From positions 1-64,000 of the forward strand of contig CAVYAN010000010.1 of NCBI GenBank assembly GCA_963766075.1: 64,000 nt of DNA. Reading direction: 5' to 3'. A program made the translations under genes and the position numbers. Positions 1 to 11,510 of this stretch are shown here, piece after piece. The notes beneath the pieces are model-generated. The model saw nothing but the letters and a program-made list of their open reading frames with translations, did no database searches and had not been told where the DNA came from. Within the stretch, counting starts at the first letter, position 1, and each line of letters begins with the position of its first letter. Source of the DNA: an uncultured cyanobacterium. Lineage in GTDB: Bacteria > Cyanobacteriota > Cyanobacteriia > Leptolyngbyales > Leptolyngbyaceae.

Positions 1-822
1 GTGACCCACCACTCGGAAGAGTGCGCTGGACAATTCAACTCCTGGCGAAAGAGTTGGTGTCGCGAAAGATCGTCATATCGATCAGCAGAGAAACGGTAAG
101 AAACACCTTAAATCAAATTGAATTGCAACCTTGGAAAACAGAAAGATTCTGTATACCTGAAGAAGATTTACCGCGATTTATCGCACAAATGGAGAATGTT
201 CTAGATGTCTATAGTGCCCCACCAGAGCCGAATATACCCTTGATTTGTATGGATGAAGCATCCATTGAACTGACCGGGGATCTCTATCCCAGCATTCCGG
301 CTAAACCGGGACAGGCGAAGAAAGAAGATTATCACTATGAGCGAAACGGTGTCGCCGCAATATTTATGTTTGTCGATCCAATTAAAGGATGGAGGAGAGT
401 GAGTAGTCGTCCTCAGAGAACTCGCTTAGATTGGGCAGAAGAAATCAAACAATTACTCGATGAAGATTATCCCGATGCTCCAAGGGTTAAATTAGTTTGT
501 GATAACTTGAATACCCATCATATCGGCTCCTTATATCATGCTTTTCCGGCAGAAACCGCTCACCGGTTAGCGAGAAGATTAACGATTCATCATACGCCTC
601 GCAATGGCAGTTGGCTCAACATTGCTGAAACTGAATTGAGTGTACTGTCACAACAATGCTTAGATCGCCGCATCAGTCGAGCCGATCTGCTGAAAACTGA
701 GTTGGCCGCTTGGCAAAAAGAACGTAATCAAGAACACGCTAAAGTTAAATGGCAATTTACGACCGCAGACGCTCGAATTAAACTGCATCATCTTTACCCA
801 CAATTTTAGTCCTGTCAAGCCA
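1..822 (+). mobile_element. IS630-family element, copy 1 (5' part outside the window; transposase ORF 21-809)
   Basis: DDE motifs CMDEAS, VCDNLNTH and WLNIAETE, plus WQFTTADARIKL C-terminus typical of IS630 transposases. Near-identical to 1044-1865. Confidence 0.9.
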
Positions 823-1868
823 CAGTCTTGTTAATGTCGGATGATAACGCTGTAGAAGGAAGATGGAGGGATGAAGATATCAGCCAAGCATTGAATATGC
901 ACATCAATACTGTTGCAGTGATCAGAAAAAAGTTCGTCCTGGAAGGAATCCAGTCAGCCTACAACGGAAGCCGAGAGAAGGTTCACCGACCCCACCCAAG
1001 CTGGATGGTAAACAAGAAGCTCATTTAATTGCAATTTGTTGCAGTGACCCACCACTCGGAAGAGTGCGCTGGACAATTCAACTCCTGGCGAAAGAGTTGG
1101 TGTCGCGAAAGATCGTCATATCGATCAGCAGAGAAACGGTAAGAAACACCTTAAATCAAATTGAATTGCAACCTTGGAAAACAGAAAGATTCTGTATACC
1201 TGAAGAAGATTTACCGCGATTTATCGCACAAATGGAGAATGTTCTAGATGTCTATAGTGCCCCACCAGAGCCGAATATACCCTTGATTTGTATGGATGAA
1301 GCATCCATTGAACTGACCGGGGATCTCTATCCCAGCATTCCGGCTAAACCGGGACAGGCGAAGAAAGAAGATTATCACTATGAGCGAAACGGTGTCGCCG
1401 CAATATTTATGTTTGTCGATCCAATTAAAGGATGGAGGAGAGTGAGTAGTCGTCCTCAGAGAACTCGCTTAGATTGGGCAGAAGAAATCAAACAATTACT
1501 CGATGAAGATTATCCCGATGCTCCAAGGGTTAAATTAGTTTGTAATAACTTGAATACCCATCATATCGGCTCCTTATATCATGCTTTTCCGGCAGAAACC
1601 GCTCACCGGTTAGCGAGAAGATTAACGATTCATCATACGCCTCGCAATGGCAGTTGGCTCAACATTGCTGAAACTGAATTGAGTGTACTGTCACAACAAT
1701 GCTTAGATCGCCGCATCAGTCGAGCCGATCTGCTGAAAACTGAGCTGGCCGCTTGGCAAAAAGAACGTAATCAAGAACACGCTAAAGTTAAATGGCAATT
1801 TACGACCGCAGACGCTCGAATTAAACTGCATCATCTTTACCCACAATTTTAGTCCTGTCAAGCCAGTA
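823..1868 (+). mobile_element. IS630-family element, copy 2: 5'-truncated, frameshift near 960, catalytic D-to-N change; ends at a TA
   Basis: HTH-like segment 828-960 continues in another frame (LQRKPREGSPTPPKLDGKQEAHLIAICCSDPPLGRVRWT) into ORF 1064-1852. GAT at 501 is AAT at 1544. Ends ...CTGTCAAGCCAG-TA. Confidence 0.88.
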
Positions 1869-1885
1869 GGGTGGGCACCGCCCAC
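1866..1885 (+). repeat. GTAG-type REP-like palindrome
   Basis: GTAGG-GTGGGC-ACC-GCCCAC: GTAG tetranucleotide followed by a 6-bp hairpin. Confidence 0.6.
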
Positions 1886-2047
1886 AATCCGGAACTCCCC
1901 ACTTGCAGGGGAAACCAATTGAATGGAAACCGGGCTAAGGAGTCGAGCGCGCATCAGAAGCTCCAGACCAACCGGGAAACGCGGCTAGAGAACATGGTCA
2001 AACGGGTTGATCAGGGGGAATCATGAGGCAGTCGCACAGGGGCTTTC

Positions 2048-2710
2048 ATGTACAGAAGAAAATGGTTTCAGCAAAAAATAAAGAAACTAGAACAAGTGCT
2101 GGTGTGGGGAGTTGTACTGCTGGTAGCGGTGTTAACGGCAGTATCGTCTAAGACCTCAGGAACTAAACTGAAGCCAACTACAACTGGCTATACAGTGTTC
2201 AACGTGTACCCAGAAACCGAAAAGGCTGGGATGGAGGCAATGGGCTACATCAACCAGCTAAGGCAACACCATGGTAGGCAAAGACTCGCATTTGACCCCA
2301 GAGTATTTACCTTGGCCATGGCTAGAGCCAAGGATATGTGGGAACACAAATACTACGATCATGTAAACCCAAAGACTGGTACATGCCCCTACACGATGAA
2401 GGGGGCCTACGGGCTTCAGAACGCAGAATTCGTAGCAGAGAATATCAACGGTTATCAAGAATATGAAGAAGGGCTTTTAACCGTTAAAAACCTGAGGCCC
2501 ATCACCGAACCCGTTGAAGCCTGGATGGGAAGTCGCGGACACCGTTTCAACCTGTTATATGAAGGGCATACAGCGGGTGCCGTAGCTTGCTATAAAGACA
2601 AATGCGTTTTTCTAGGATTAAACAACCAGCGCTTTGGCGAAGGATGCCACACCGCAAAAGAGGGGAAACAACATTGGCAGACAGCGCCACACCAACCCGG
2701 TGAAGTATAG
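2048..2710 (+). CDS. CAP (SCP/PR-1-like) domain protein with N-terminal membrane anchor
   Basis: Motifs INQLRQ, ARAKDM..YYDH, AENI and WMGSRGHRFNLL; hydrophobic N-terminal segment. Confidence 0.85.
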   Translation: MYRRKWFQQKIKKLEQVLVWGVVLLVAVLTAVSSKTSGTKLKPTTTGYTVFNVYPETEKAGMEAMGYINQLRQHHGRQRLAFDPRVFTLAMARAKDMWEHKYYDHVNPKTGTCPYTMKGAYGLQNAEFVAENINGYQEYEEGLLTVKNLRPITEPVEAWMGSRGHRFNLLYEGHTAGAVACYKDKCVFLGLNNQRFGEGCHTAKEGKQHWQTAPHQPGEV

Positions 2711-2843
2711 TGCTTCTAATTCATTCCTCACTCGCTGAAGAAACCCCATTATCACAACAAAATTACTAATTGACACAATGGACACCCGATGACTTGCCCA
2801 TCCTCGTCTCCTCAGAGATCCAGCAACCATCGCCCTATCGAGC

Positions 2844-3707
2844 CTATACCTTGCGCGCCCTGGCATATAGCACACTCACATCAAGGGCCCGCACATCATG
2901 CGTCCGCAGACATTCCAGATTCGCCTGCCGCACCCGCTGCCGTGCCGCCGGATCCAGTTGGTCAATCGTTCCCCTAATGCCACCCCCCAAAACCATCGTC
3001 CACCAATCCTCAGGATTTGCCAGAGCATGCGTGCCGACCTCAGCAAAAACCTCCACCTCAGTCGCTCCACCCGCCTCCAGGAGAGCCTGCAACGTCGTGG
3101 CATCCTTAATGCGATCCCACGGGGGTAACTGCTTCACCAAATCCGGACGTTCCGCCGCGATCTCCCGCCAAAACCACTGCGTCGCCGGTTCAAAAACCTG
3201 TTCCCCCCACGACGTAATGGCCAAAGTCCCGCCGGGACGAACCATCCGCCAGAGTTCTTGAATAGCAGCAACCATATCAGGAACGAAAAAAATCCCGAAC
3301 ACACAGACAACTGCGTCAAAGCTGGCACCGGGCAACCCCAGATGTTCAAAATCGCCCTGCCGAAACTCAATATTCTCCAAACCCTGCTGCCGAGACTTGT
3401 TCCGGGCCAGCTCTAGCAAAGAGTCCGCAATATCTATCCCCAGCACATAGCCTGTGGGACCCACCCGAATTGCCGCAGGCATCGCCGAAGCCCCCGTCCC
3501 ACAGCACACATCCAAAACGCGATCGCCAGGGCGCAACGCAAGTCGATCAATCGTGCCCTGCCCAAATCGGTTCCAAAACGACAGCGCTGGCGCATCAAAG
3601 CAATCCGATGCCGCATTAAACACTGTTTCTACCCGCGCCAGGGACTCTGCTTTAGGGATCATGCGTCCAACTCCTTGCGCCCACAATGAATCATCCAAAT
3701 CAGTCAC
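2844..3707 (-). CDS. Class I SAM-dependent methyltransferase (UbiE-like); start may be the ATG near 3662
   Basis: VLDVCCGTG motif I, FDAVVCVFG, and VRPGG motif. Confidence 0.85.
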   Translation of the reverse strand: MTDLDDSLWAQGVGRMIPKAESLARVETVFNAASDCFDAPALSFWNRFGQGTIDRLALRPGDRVLDVCCGTGASAMPAAIRVGPTGYVLGIDIADSLLELARNKSRQQGLENIEFRQGDFEHLGLPGASFDAVVCVFGIFFVPDMVAAIQELWRMVRPGGTLAITSWGEQVFEPATQWFWREIAAERPDLVKQLPPWDRIKDATTLQALLEAGGATEVEVFAEVGTHALANPEDWWTMVLGGGIRGTIDQLDPAARQRVRQANLECLRTHDVRALDVSVLYARARKV

Positions 3708-3735
3708 ACGATAGTTGTAGCGCTTCTTAATCTAG

Positions 3736-3816
3736 ACGTAGGATGGGCACGCTGTGCTTTTGCCCATCATCACAGTTGGTTATGGGCACAGGCGATGCCC
3801 TTTACCCATCCTACGT
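3736..3816. repeat. REP doublet (REPIN-like) / small inverted-repeat element
   Basis: ACGTAGGATGGG at 3736 and its exact reverse complement CCCATCCTACGT ending at 3816; internal GATGGGCA...TGCCCATC hairpin. Confidence 0.7.
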
Positions 3817-3874
3817 TTAATTGCAACGACCTACCCGTGAGCTTTTATCCATGGAGTTCTATCTCTATAGACCT

Positions 3875-3910
3875 CTATCACAAGGCTGCTATCACAAGGC
3901 TCCTATCACA
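3875..3910. repeat. 14-bp tandem repeat (CTATCACAAGGCTS, about 2.6 copies) overlapping the stop codon of the next gene
   Basis: Units start at 3875, 3889 and 3903. Confidence 0.8.
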
Positions 3911-4205
3911 GCGTACCTGCTTCGAGCTGATCCAGGTAGATAAAATCAGGAGATTTCACCCCCGCTTCAGCCCTGATCTGAACCAGTTGGGGTGACTCGA
4001 AAAAGCGCTGGGCATCGGCAAGAGACGTCCACAGTGAAAAATGCACAATGCGGTTGGGGTCGTTTTGATACTTCAGCACCTGATACGATCGCTCACCCGC
4101 CGCCCGCCGCAGATCCGCCGCCCCGTCAAAAATTTTCTTCCACGCAGGGTAGTCAGCGACTTCGTGAATAATCAAAACGTAGGACATAGACGCTCTTGTA
4201 CCCAT
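3906..4205 (-). CDS. Small ABM-like (dimeric alpha/beta barrel) protein; likely start at MSYVL
   Basis: HEVADYPAWKKIFD...AAGERSYQV...DPNRIVHFS...FFES pattern resembles antibiotic biosynthesis monooxygenase-like proteins. Confidence 0.7.
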   Translation of the reverse strand: MGTRASMSYVLIIHEVADYPAWKKIFDGAADLRRAAGERSYQVLKYQNDPNRIVHFSLWTSLADAQRFFESPQLVQIRAEAGVKSPDFIYLDQLEAGTL

Positions 4206-4236
4206 TTCCCTGACCCGCTTCCCTAACGCTTTTTTC

Positions 4237-4407
4237 TCAGCCGTCCTCCTGATCTTCTTTCTCCGCCTCGGCCTCCGCTATCCCCTCCTTAAATCCCCGC
4301 AGCGTTTTGCCAAAGGTGGCACCCAGTTCCGGGATTTTCTTAGGACCAAAAATAATCACAGCCACCAAGCCGATGATCAGGACTTCGGGCCAGCCTAAAC
4401 CAAACAT
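4237..4407 (-). CDS. tatA: Twin-arginine translocase TatA/TatE subunit (56 aa, absent from the ORF track)
   Basis: Hand translation: MFGLGWPEVLIIGLVAVIIFGPKKIPELGATFGKTLRGFKEGIAEAEAEKEDQEDG*. Confidence 0.93.
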   Translation of the reverse strand: MFGLGWPEVLIIGLVAVIIFGPKKIPELGATFGKTLRGFKEGIAEAEAEKEDQEDG

Positions 4408-4546
4408 AGCGGTCTCCTATCAATGGACAGTCAGTATTGCCTGTCATCACTATAGGGAGCACAGGCCCAATGGGCAATCAGTTCCCCCGAAACTGGCTCC
4501 AGGTCAATTTTTTCAGGGTCAACTAGCCGCCAACTTGCCCAACCGC

Positions 4547-4717
4547 CTACTGACCACCCAACACAGGCGACGGCAGCATCGACTGACCCGATTGCAGGGG
4601 ACCAATCGGCAAAGACAATCCCTGGATGGGCAAATATCCAGAAATCAGCGCTAGGAGGACGGTGATGGCGATCGCATTCAGCAGCAGCACCCGTTTATCA
4701 AATAACGAACCCGACAT
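4547..4717 (-). CDS. Hypothetical small membrane protein (56 aa)
   Basis: ATG at 4717 preceded by GGAGG; one hydrophobic segment (VLLLNAIAITVLLALISGYL). Confidence 0.5.
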   Translation of the reverse strand: MSGSLFDKRVLLLNAIAITVLLALISGYLPIQGLSLPIGPLQSGQSMLPSPVLGGQ

Positions 4718-4892
4718 GGCAGCCACCTCCGAGTAGCGGGGATTGACTTGTATTATTCCATTGACTTCCCAATTGCCTCTGTGATTTCCGCAAGGTTTAC
4801 CAGCGATCTCGGTCACATCTCCCCAGTTTTACGGAATTTTGCGGAATTTACAGCGATAGAATCAAAGCAGTGTTCAGGCTGAGGTGGGGATC

Positions 4893-6808
4893 ATGGTACG
4901 ACTAAAGGCTTGGCAATGGGTCGTGTTGGGGGCTTGCCGTCGGAGCGATCGCCGCCTTCTTATTAATTGCCGCTGGCTTGCAAATCCACGCCTGGGGCAT
5001 CAACTGGATTTGGGCAGCGGTGGGGGGCATATTCCTCGGGTGGCGCTGGCTGTTGGTTAAGTGGACCCAGCCCGCCCTGGATCAGTTCTCGGCCATGGTG
5101 GCAGAGGTAACAGAGGAGCTAGAAGGAGCCGCTAACGCCCCAGCCAACGCCCAGCCGATCCCCACGACCCAGCAGGCGGAAGCCGCCCTGCAAAAGATTT
5201 TGATCGCCGCCCGAAATGATGCCCCAATTTGGGAAGATTGGGCCAGATTTTGGCAGCGCTGTCAGGAATTGTTGGAGGCGATCGCTCATATTTATTACCC
5301 CGAGGTCAAGCGTCCGTTATTGAATATCTATGTGCCCCAAGCCTACGGACTGTTGCGGGGCACCGTAGACGATATGGATCAATGGATGCAAAAGCTGGGT
5401 CCGGCCCTGAATCAAGTCACCGTGGGCCAAGCCTTTGAAGCCTACGACATCTACCGCAAACTGGAGCCTTCGGCCCGCAAAGTGCTGCAAGTGTGGAACG
5501 CGGCCCAGTGGCTGTTAAATCCTGTAGTGGCGATCACCCGGCGGGCCACCCGCAAGTATGGCAGCCAAGCCAACCAGCAGTTAGTGGCCAACTTGAGTCA
5601 ACTGACGCGGGAAGTGGCCTTGCAGAATTTGGGCCGACAGGCGATCGCCCTCTATAGCGGTACCGCCGCCAAAGTAGCCGCCAAAGGAGTCATTCCAGCC
5701 AGCCCATCGTCCCTGCCCAAAGCCCAAACCCAAACCCTGCGCGAGATTTTGGCCCAGGCCACCCCGCCGGAGGTAGTGGCAGAAACACCCGTTCGGATTA
5801 TGCTGGCAGGGCGGACAGGCGCGGGCAAAAGTAGCTTGATCAACACCCTGTTCCGGGACAATCGCGCCGCTGTCGATATAGTGCCCAGCACCGATCGCCT
5901 CCAGGACTACCACTGGCAGGCCGCCACAGGCCAAACCCTCATCCTGTGGGATACCCCCGGCTATGAACAAATCAACCGGGCCGATCTGCGGGCGCAGGTG
6001 TTGGATCAAGTGGCCCAGGCCGATTTGCTGGTGTTGGCAACCCCCGCCCTGGATCCAGCCCTGCAAATGGATCTGGATTTTCTCAAGGCGGTGCAGGCGA
6101 TCGCCGATCTCCCCGTGATTAGCCTGGTGACCCAGGTGGATCGTCTGCGCCCCCTGCGGGAATGGCAACCACCCTACGACTGGGAATGGGGCGATGCGCC
6201 CAAGGAAATTGCCATTCGGGAAGCTGTTCAGTATCGGGCGGAGCAGTTGGGCGACTATTGCCGAATGGTATTGCCAGTGGTAACGGCGGCCAGTGGCCAC
6301 GCGGCGTGGGGTGTCGAAGCGCTTTCCCTAGGTCTGAGTGGCGGCGATCGCCCCGGCCAAGCAGTTACGGCTGGCCCGCTTTCTGCGGGATTTGGAGGCC
6401 CGCACCGTGGCCGCCGCTCAAATTATTGATCACTATGTGTTGCAAATGGCGACCACCCAGGGACTGGCAGCATTGCTCAAGAGTCCGGTTTTAGGATTTC
6501 TTTCCACCCTCACCACCGGGTCTCCCACATTGGCTTATGTATTAGCGGAAAAGATTCCCATCGAACAACTGCCCGTGGTGATTGGTAAATTGCAAATGGC
6601 CTACGATTTATTTACCTTGCTGAAAGCAGATCTGCCCAATTCCCGTAACTTTGACTTCCTGGGTCTGTGGTCAGTGCTGAGTGATCAGACGGGGCCGAGC
6701 GATCGCAATGCCTGGGCCTTTGGCCATGCGGTTACAGAATACTGGAGCACACCGCTGACACTGCCACAATTTCAGGAACGGTTTAAGACCTACCTCCAGC
6801 AGACCTAA
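4893..6808 (+). CDS. Cyanobacterial membrane-associated GTPase family protein, split by two apparent frameshifts (about 4930 and 6338)
   Basis: Starts MVRLKAWQWVVLG at 4893; GRTGAGKSS (G1), DTPG (G3), TQVD (G4); continues in ORF 6338-6808. Confidence 0.8.
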
Positions 6809-6996
6809 CTACAGCGGCCAATGGTGTAAGAGGTAAGGCCAAGATTTTCGGCTTTTTCCCCGACAGCGGTAACGGGGTCACCCGAAAAACGTTAGGATTT
6901 ATGTCGTACGGGGCACGATAGCCCTGCTATACCGACGTTGGGGTACACCCTCACGTCCTTCATCCCCTTGCAAAACCGCAGTCGCGTGGATCCCCT

Positions 6997-9900
6997 ATGA
7001 GTAGCGCCTTGAATAGCCCCTTCCTTGCCCGCCTCCACAGTACCAATCGCCCGGTCCTGGTTTTTGATGGCGCCATGGGAACCAATATTCAGTCCCAGAA
7101 CCTCACCGCCGCAGACTTTGGGGGCCCCGAATACGAGGGCTGCAACGAATATTTGGTCGAGACAAAACCCGAGGCCGATTGCCAAAGTCCATCGGGAATT
7201 CCTAGCAGCAGGGGCCGACGTGATTGAAACCGACACCTTTGGCAGCAGTCCTTTGGTGCTGGCAGAGTACGACCTGGCGGATCAAGCCTATGCCCTCAGC
7301 CGCAAAGCCGCCGAACTAGCCAAGCAGTGTGCCGCCGAATATTCCACCCCGGAAAAGCCCCGGTTTGTGGCCGGATCCATTGGACCGGGGACCAAATTGC
7401 CCACCCTAGGGCATATTGACTACGACACGCTCAAGGCCGCCTTTACCGTCCAGGCCGAGGGGCTATACGACGGCAATGTGGACTTGTTTCTGGTGGAAAC
7501 CTGTCAGGATGTACTGCAAATTAAGGCGGCGCTGAACGCGATTGAGGCAGTCTTTGCGAAAAAGGGCGATCGCCGCCCGCTGATGGTATCGGTGACGATG
7601 GAAGTGCAGGGCACCATGCTGGTGGGCACCGACATCAGTGGGGTGTTGGCGATTCTGGAGCCGTTTCCCATTGATATTTTGGGCTTGAACTGTGCCACCG
7701 GTCCCGACCGGATGGCCGAGCACATTAAATATCTCACCGAGAATGCGCCCTTCGTTGTGTCCTGCATCCCCAACGCGGGCCTGCCAGAAAACGTGGGTGG
7801 CCATGCCCACTACAAGCTGACGCCCATGGAACTGCGGATGGCCCTGCATCGGTTTATCGAAGACTGGGGCGTACAGGTGATTGGCGGCTGCTGTGGGACA
7901 CGACCGGAGCATATCCAGGCATTGGCGGAAGTCGCTGCGACCCTGAAGCCAAAGGCGCGGGAAATTCGGGTGGGCGATCGCCAGTGGCTCAACGGCCACA
8001 TCACCCCGTCGGACATCCCTCGGCCTGCCCTGGGCTACACCCCTGCCGCCGCTTCGATTTACACCGCCCAGCCCTATGACCAAGATAACTCCTTTCTGAT
8101 TGTGGGGGAACGGTTAAATGCCAGCGGTTCCAAAAAAGTGCGGGAATTGCTGAATGTCGATGATTGGGATGGGCTGATGGCGATCGCCAAATCCCAGGTC
8201 AAGGAAGGGGCGCATGTTCTGGACGTGAACGTCGATTACGTCGGGCGCGATGGCGAACGCGACATGCATGAACTGGTGTCTCGCCTAGTCACCAACGTTA
8301 CCCTGCCGCTGATGCTGGACTCCACCGAATGGCAAAAGATGGAAGCTGGGTTAAAAGTCGCTGGCGGCAAATGCATTCTCAACTCCACCAACTACGAAGA
8401 TGGTGACGAACGCTTTTTCAAAGTGTTGGAACTGGCGAAGGAATACGGCGCAGGCGTAGTGATTGGCACCATTGACGAAGAGGGCATGGCCCGCACCGCC
8501 GATCGCAAGTTCCAGATTGCCCAGCGGGCCTACCGCGACGCGCTGGAATTCGGACTGCCGCCCCACGAGCTGTTCTTTGACACCCTAGCCCTGCCAATTT
8601 CCACCGGGATTGAAGAAGATCGGGAAAACGGCAAAGCGACGATTGCCTCCATTCGGATGATTCGGGAAAACCTGCCCGGAGTCCACTTTATGCTGGGTGT
8701 GTCCAACATTTCCTTTGGCCTGAGTCCTGCGGCTCGGATTACCCTGAACTCGATGTTTTTGCATGAGGCCACCCAGGTGGGCATGGATGGGGCGATTGTC
8801 TCCGCCGCAAAAATTCTGCCCCTAGCCAAAATCGATCCCGCCCATCAACAGGTTTGTCGCGATCTCATTTATGACCAGCGCGGGTTTGAAGATGGCATTT
8901 GCACCTACGATCCATTGACCAAGCTGACCCAGTTGTTTGAAGGGGTGAGTGCAAAGGAGGCGCGATCGGGGAGTTCCCTGGCGGACCTCCCGATTGAAGA
9001 ACGCTTGAAGCAGCACATCATTGATGGCGAACGAATTGGCCTTGACGATGGCCTGAAATTGGCGATGGCAATCTATCCACCGCTGCACATCATCAATACC
9101 TTTTTGCTAGACGGCATGAAGGTAGTGGGGGAACTGTTTGGTTCGGGCCAAATGCAGTTGCCCTTTGTGTTGCAATCGGCGGAAACAATGAAGTCCGCCG
9201 TGGCGTTTCTGGAACCCTTTATGGAAAAAGTCGAAGGCGGCAACGACTCCGGGAAGGGCAAGTTTCTGATTGCCACGGTGAAGGGGGATGTCCATGACAT
9301 TGGTAAAAACCTCGTGGATATCATCCTCACCAACAACGGCTATAAGGTGATTAACCTGGGGATTAAGCAGCCGGTAGATGCGATTGTCGATGCCTATCAT
9401 GAGCATCAACCCGATTGCATTGCCATGAGTGGCTTGTTGGTGAAATCAACGGCTTTCATGAAGGAAAACCTAGCCGTATTTAATGACCGGGGAATTTCCG
9501 TCCCTGTGATTCTAGGGGGTGCTGCCCTCACGCCGAAGTTTGTCTATGAGGATTGCCAAAATGTTTACCAGGGCCAGGTGATCTATGGGCGCGATGCCTT
9601 TGCCGACTTGACCTTTATGGATCATTTCATGCCCGCGAAGCAGGCGGGCAAGTGGCAGGATGGTGAAGGTTTCCTGGAGGAGTACGCAGAGTTTAATCAG
9701 AAGGGTCGTAGGGCGATTGAGGCAGCGGAATTGGCGCTGAATGGGCCGCCGAAGGAAGAGAAACCGGCGGAGCCAGAGGCGATTGATACGGAGCGATCGC
9801 AGGCCGTAGAACTCGATATTCCCCGCCCCACCCCGCCCTTCTGGGGCACGCGCATGCTCACGGCTGTCGATATGCCCTGGTCGGAATTGTTCTGGCATCT

Positions 9901-10651
9901 AGATTTGCAAGCCCTGATCGCCGGACAGTGGCAGTTCCGCAAGCCCAAGGAGCAATCCCGTGAAGACTACGATACCTTTCTAGGGGAGAAGGTCTATCCG
10001 ATTCTAGACGAGTGGAAACAGCGCATCCAAATGGAGTCTTTGCTTCATCCTCAATTAGTCTATGGTTATTTCCCCTGTGTGGCTGAAGGCAACTCCGTCC
10101 ATGTATACGATCCGATGGTCGTGGAGCAGGGGTTAACGCCCCAAACCGCTACGCCAGTGGTCACTTGGACGTTCCCGCGCCAAAAGTCTCTGCGGCGGCT
10201 TTGCATTGCCGACTTTTTCCGCCCGATCGCTGACAATACGTTCGATGTTTTCCCGATGCAAGCCGTCACCGTCGGTCATGTCGCTACGGAATTTGCTCAA
10301 ACCCTGTTTGCAGCGAATCAGTACACCGATTACCTCTATTTCCACGGGATGGCGGTGCAAATGGCAGAGGCGATCGCCGAATGGACTCACGCCCGCATCC
10401 GGCGAGAACTGGGCTATGGTGACTTGGAACCAGACAATATCCGTGACATGTTAGCCCAGCGTTATCAAGGCTCGCGCTACAGTTTTGGCTATCCGGCCTG
10501 TCCGAATGTGAGGGATCAGTTTCAGCAGTTGGCGCTGTTGGGGTGCGATCGCATTGCCATGGCGATGGATGAAAGTGACCAGTTGTATCCAGAACAATCA
10601 ACAACAGCCCTGATTATTTATCACCCAACGGCGAAGTACTTTAGCGCTTAG
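6997..10651 (+). CDS. metH: Cobalamin-dependent methionine synthase, with an apparent +1 frameshift at 7175-7176
   Basis: VFDGAMGT N-terminus in ORF 6997; [29 protein letters not shown] (B12 binding) and [10 protein letters not shown] in ORF 7025. Confidence 0.95.
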
Positions 10652-10725
10652 GCTGCGGAGCGAGAATGTCTGCTGCCTATCACCACAGCACCACTGTGAA
10701 GCCACTTTAGGAGGTAACCCGCTGA

Positions 10726-10806
10726 CGGTTTGCTCTCAGTGATCCAATGCAGAATCCGATTGAAGACTTTTGGCAGCAGCCTAAACGGGGGTTACGGGCG
10801 TGTGAT
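10726..10806 (+). pseudogene. Degenerate IS630-type transposase C-terminal remnant
   Basis: Translates RFALSDPMQNPIEDFWQQPKRGLRACD, resembling the P..NPIE..W...K motif around the catalytic Glu. Confidence 0.5.
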
Positions 10807-11470
10807 CCCCCCGCCATCTCAGTATGATCCCCTTATGCTTTGGATCCCAGAAACCTATAGACTTGTTTTTTTGATGAAGCTATTGGCCAAATCGATGAAT
10901 TTTTCATGAAGATGAACCATACTTATCCCATGAGATGATGCGATTATCATAATTTCACTGTAATATACCTAAGCAGTCTAAGTATGAATGATTAAGGACT
11001 TCATATTTCAACTTATTACAAGAGCTGATCCACGCATTTCCATAATGTTTTATCTATTGAAATCAGCTAAACCATAAATCAACACAGATAAGGTTAAATT
11101 AACTTTAAAACTGAAAATAAGACATTTTTAGAGATTCAGTTGAACAAAGTACAGTTGGATGATAGGATTAAAATTATTATGCTCTATAGGATTAATCATG
11201 AACGGAGTAGCTGAAGCCCAAGTTCGATTAGAAATTTCAATCGAATCAGATTGCGAAACTTTTCTCTCCTTATAAGCCTTCCAATATAGTGCCGAAATTT
11301 TACTTAACTTTAATTAGATTGATTCTGATTAGTTTTAACTAAGATTTCTAAATTGATTATCTCAAGATAGTTTTGCTCAAGACGATTTTGAGGCGCGTAT
11401 CTAACTTAGCGTTCTATGTTTTTAGTTGATATGTAATCAAATTGACATCCTAGACTTGCAGTCAAATGTA

Positions 11471-11510
11471 AGATACCCAGAAATCCCCAGAGATACCCAG
11501 AAATACCTCG
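11471..11510. repeat. Imperfect 10-bp tandem repeat x4 in the AT-rich region upstream of the cluster
   Basis: agatacccag aaatccccag agatacccag aaatacctcg. Confidence 0.75.

Noticed and set aside
2844..4205. Methyltransferase and ABM-like genes as tailoring enzymes of the cluster
   Set aside because: Separated from it by tatA, the GTPase, metH and an apparent island border; no evidence of linkage.
4307..4654. 115-aa plus-strand ORF and the many other short antisense or alternate-frame ORFs in the track
   Set aside because: They overlap well-supported genes (here tatA) and show no recognisable motifs.
6810..6996. Possible cobalamin or SAM riboswitch upstream of metH
   Set aside because: I could not find the conserved B12-box or S-box motifs by eye; an Rfam/Infernal scan would be needed.
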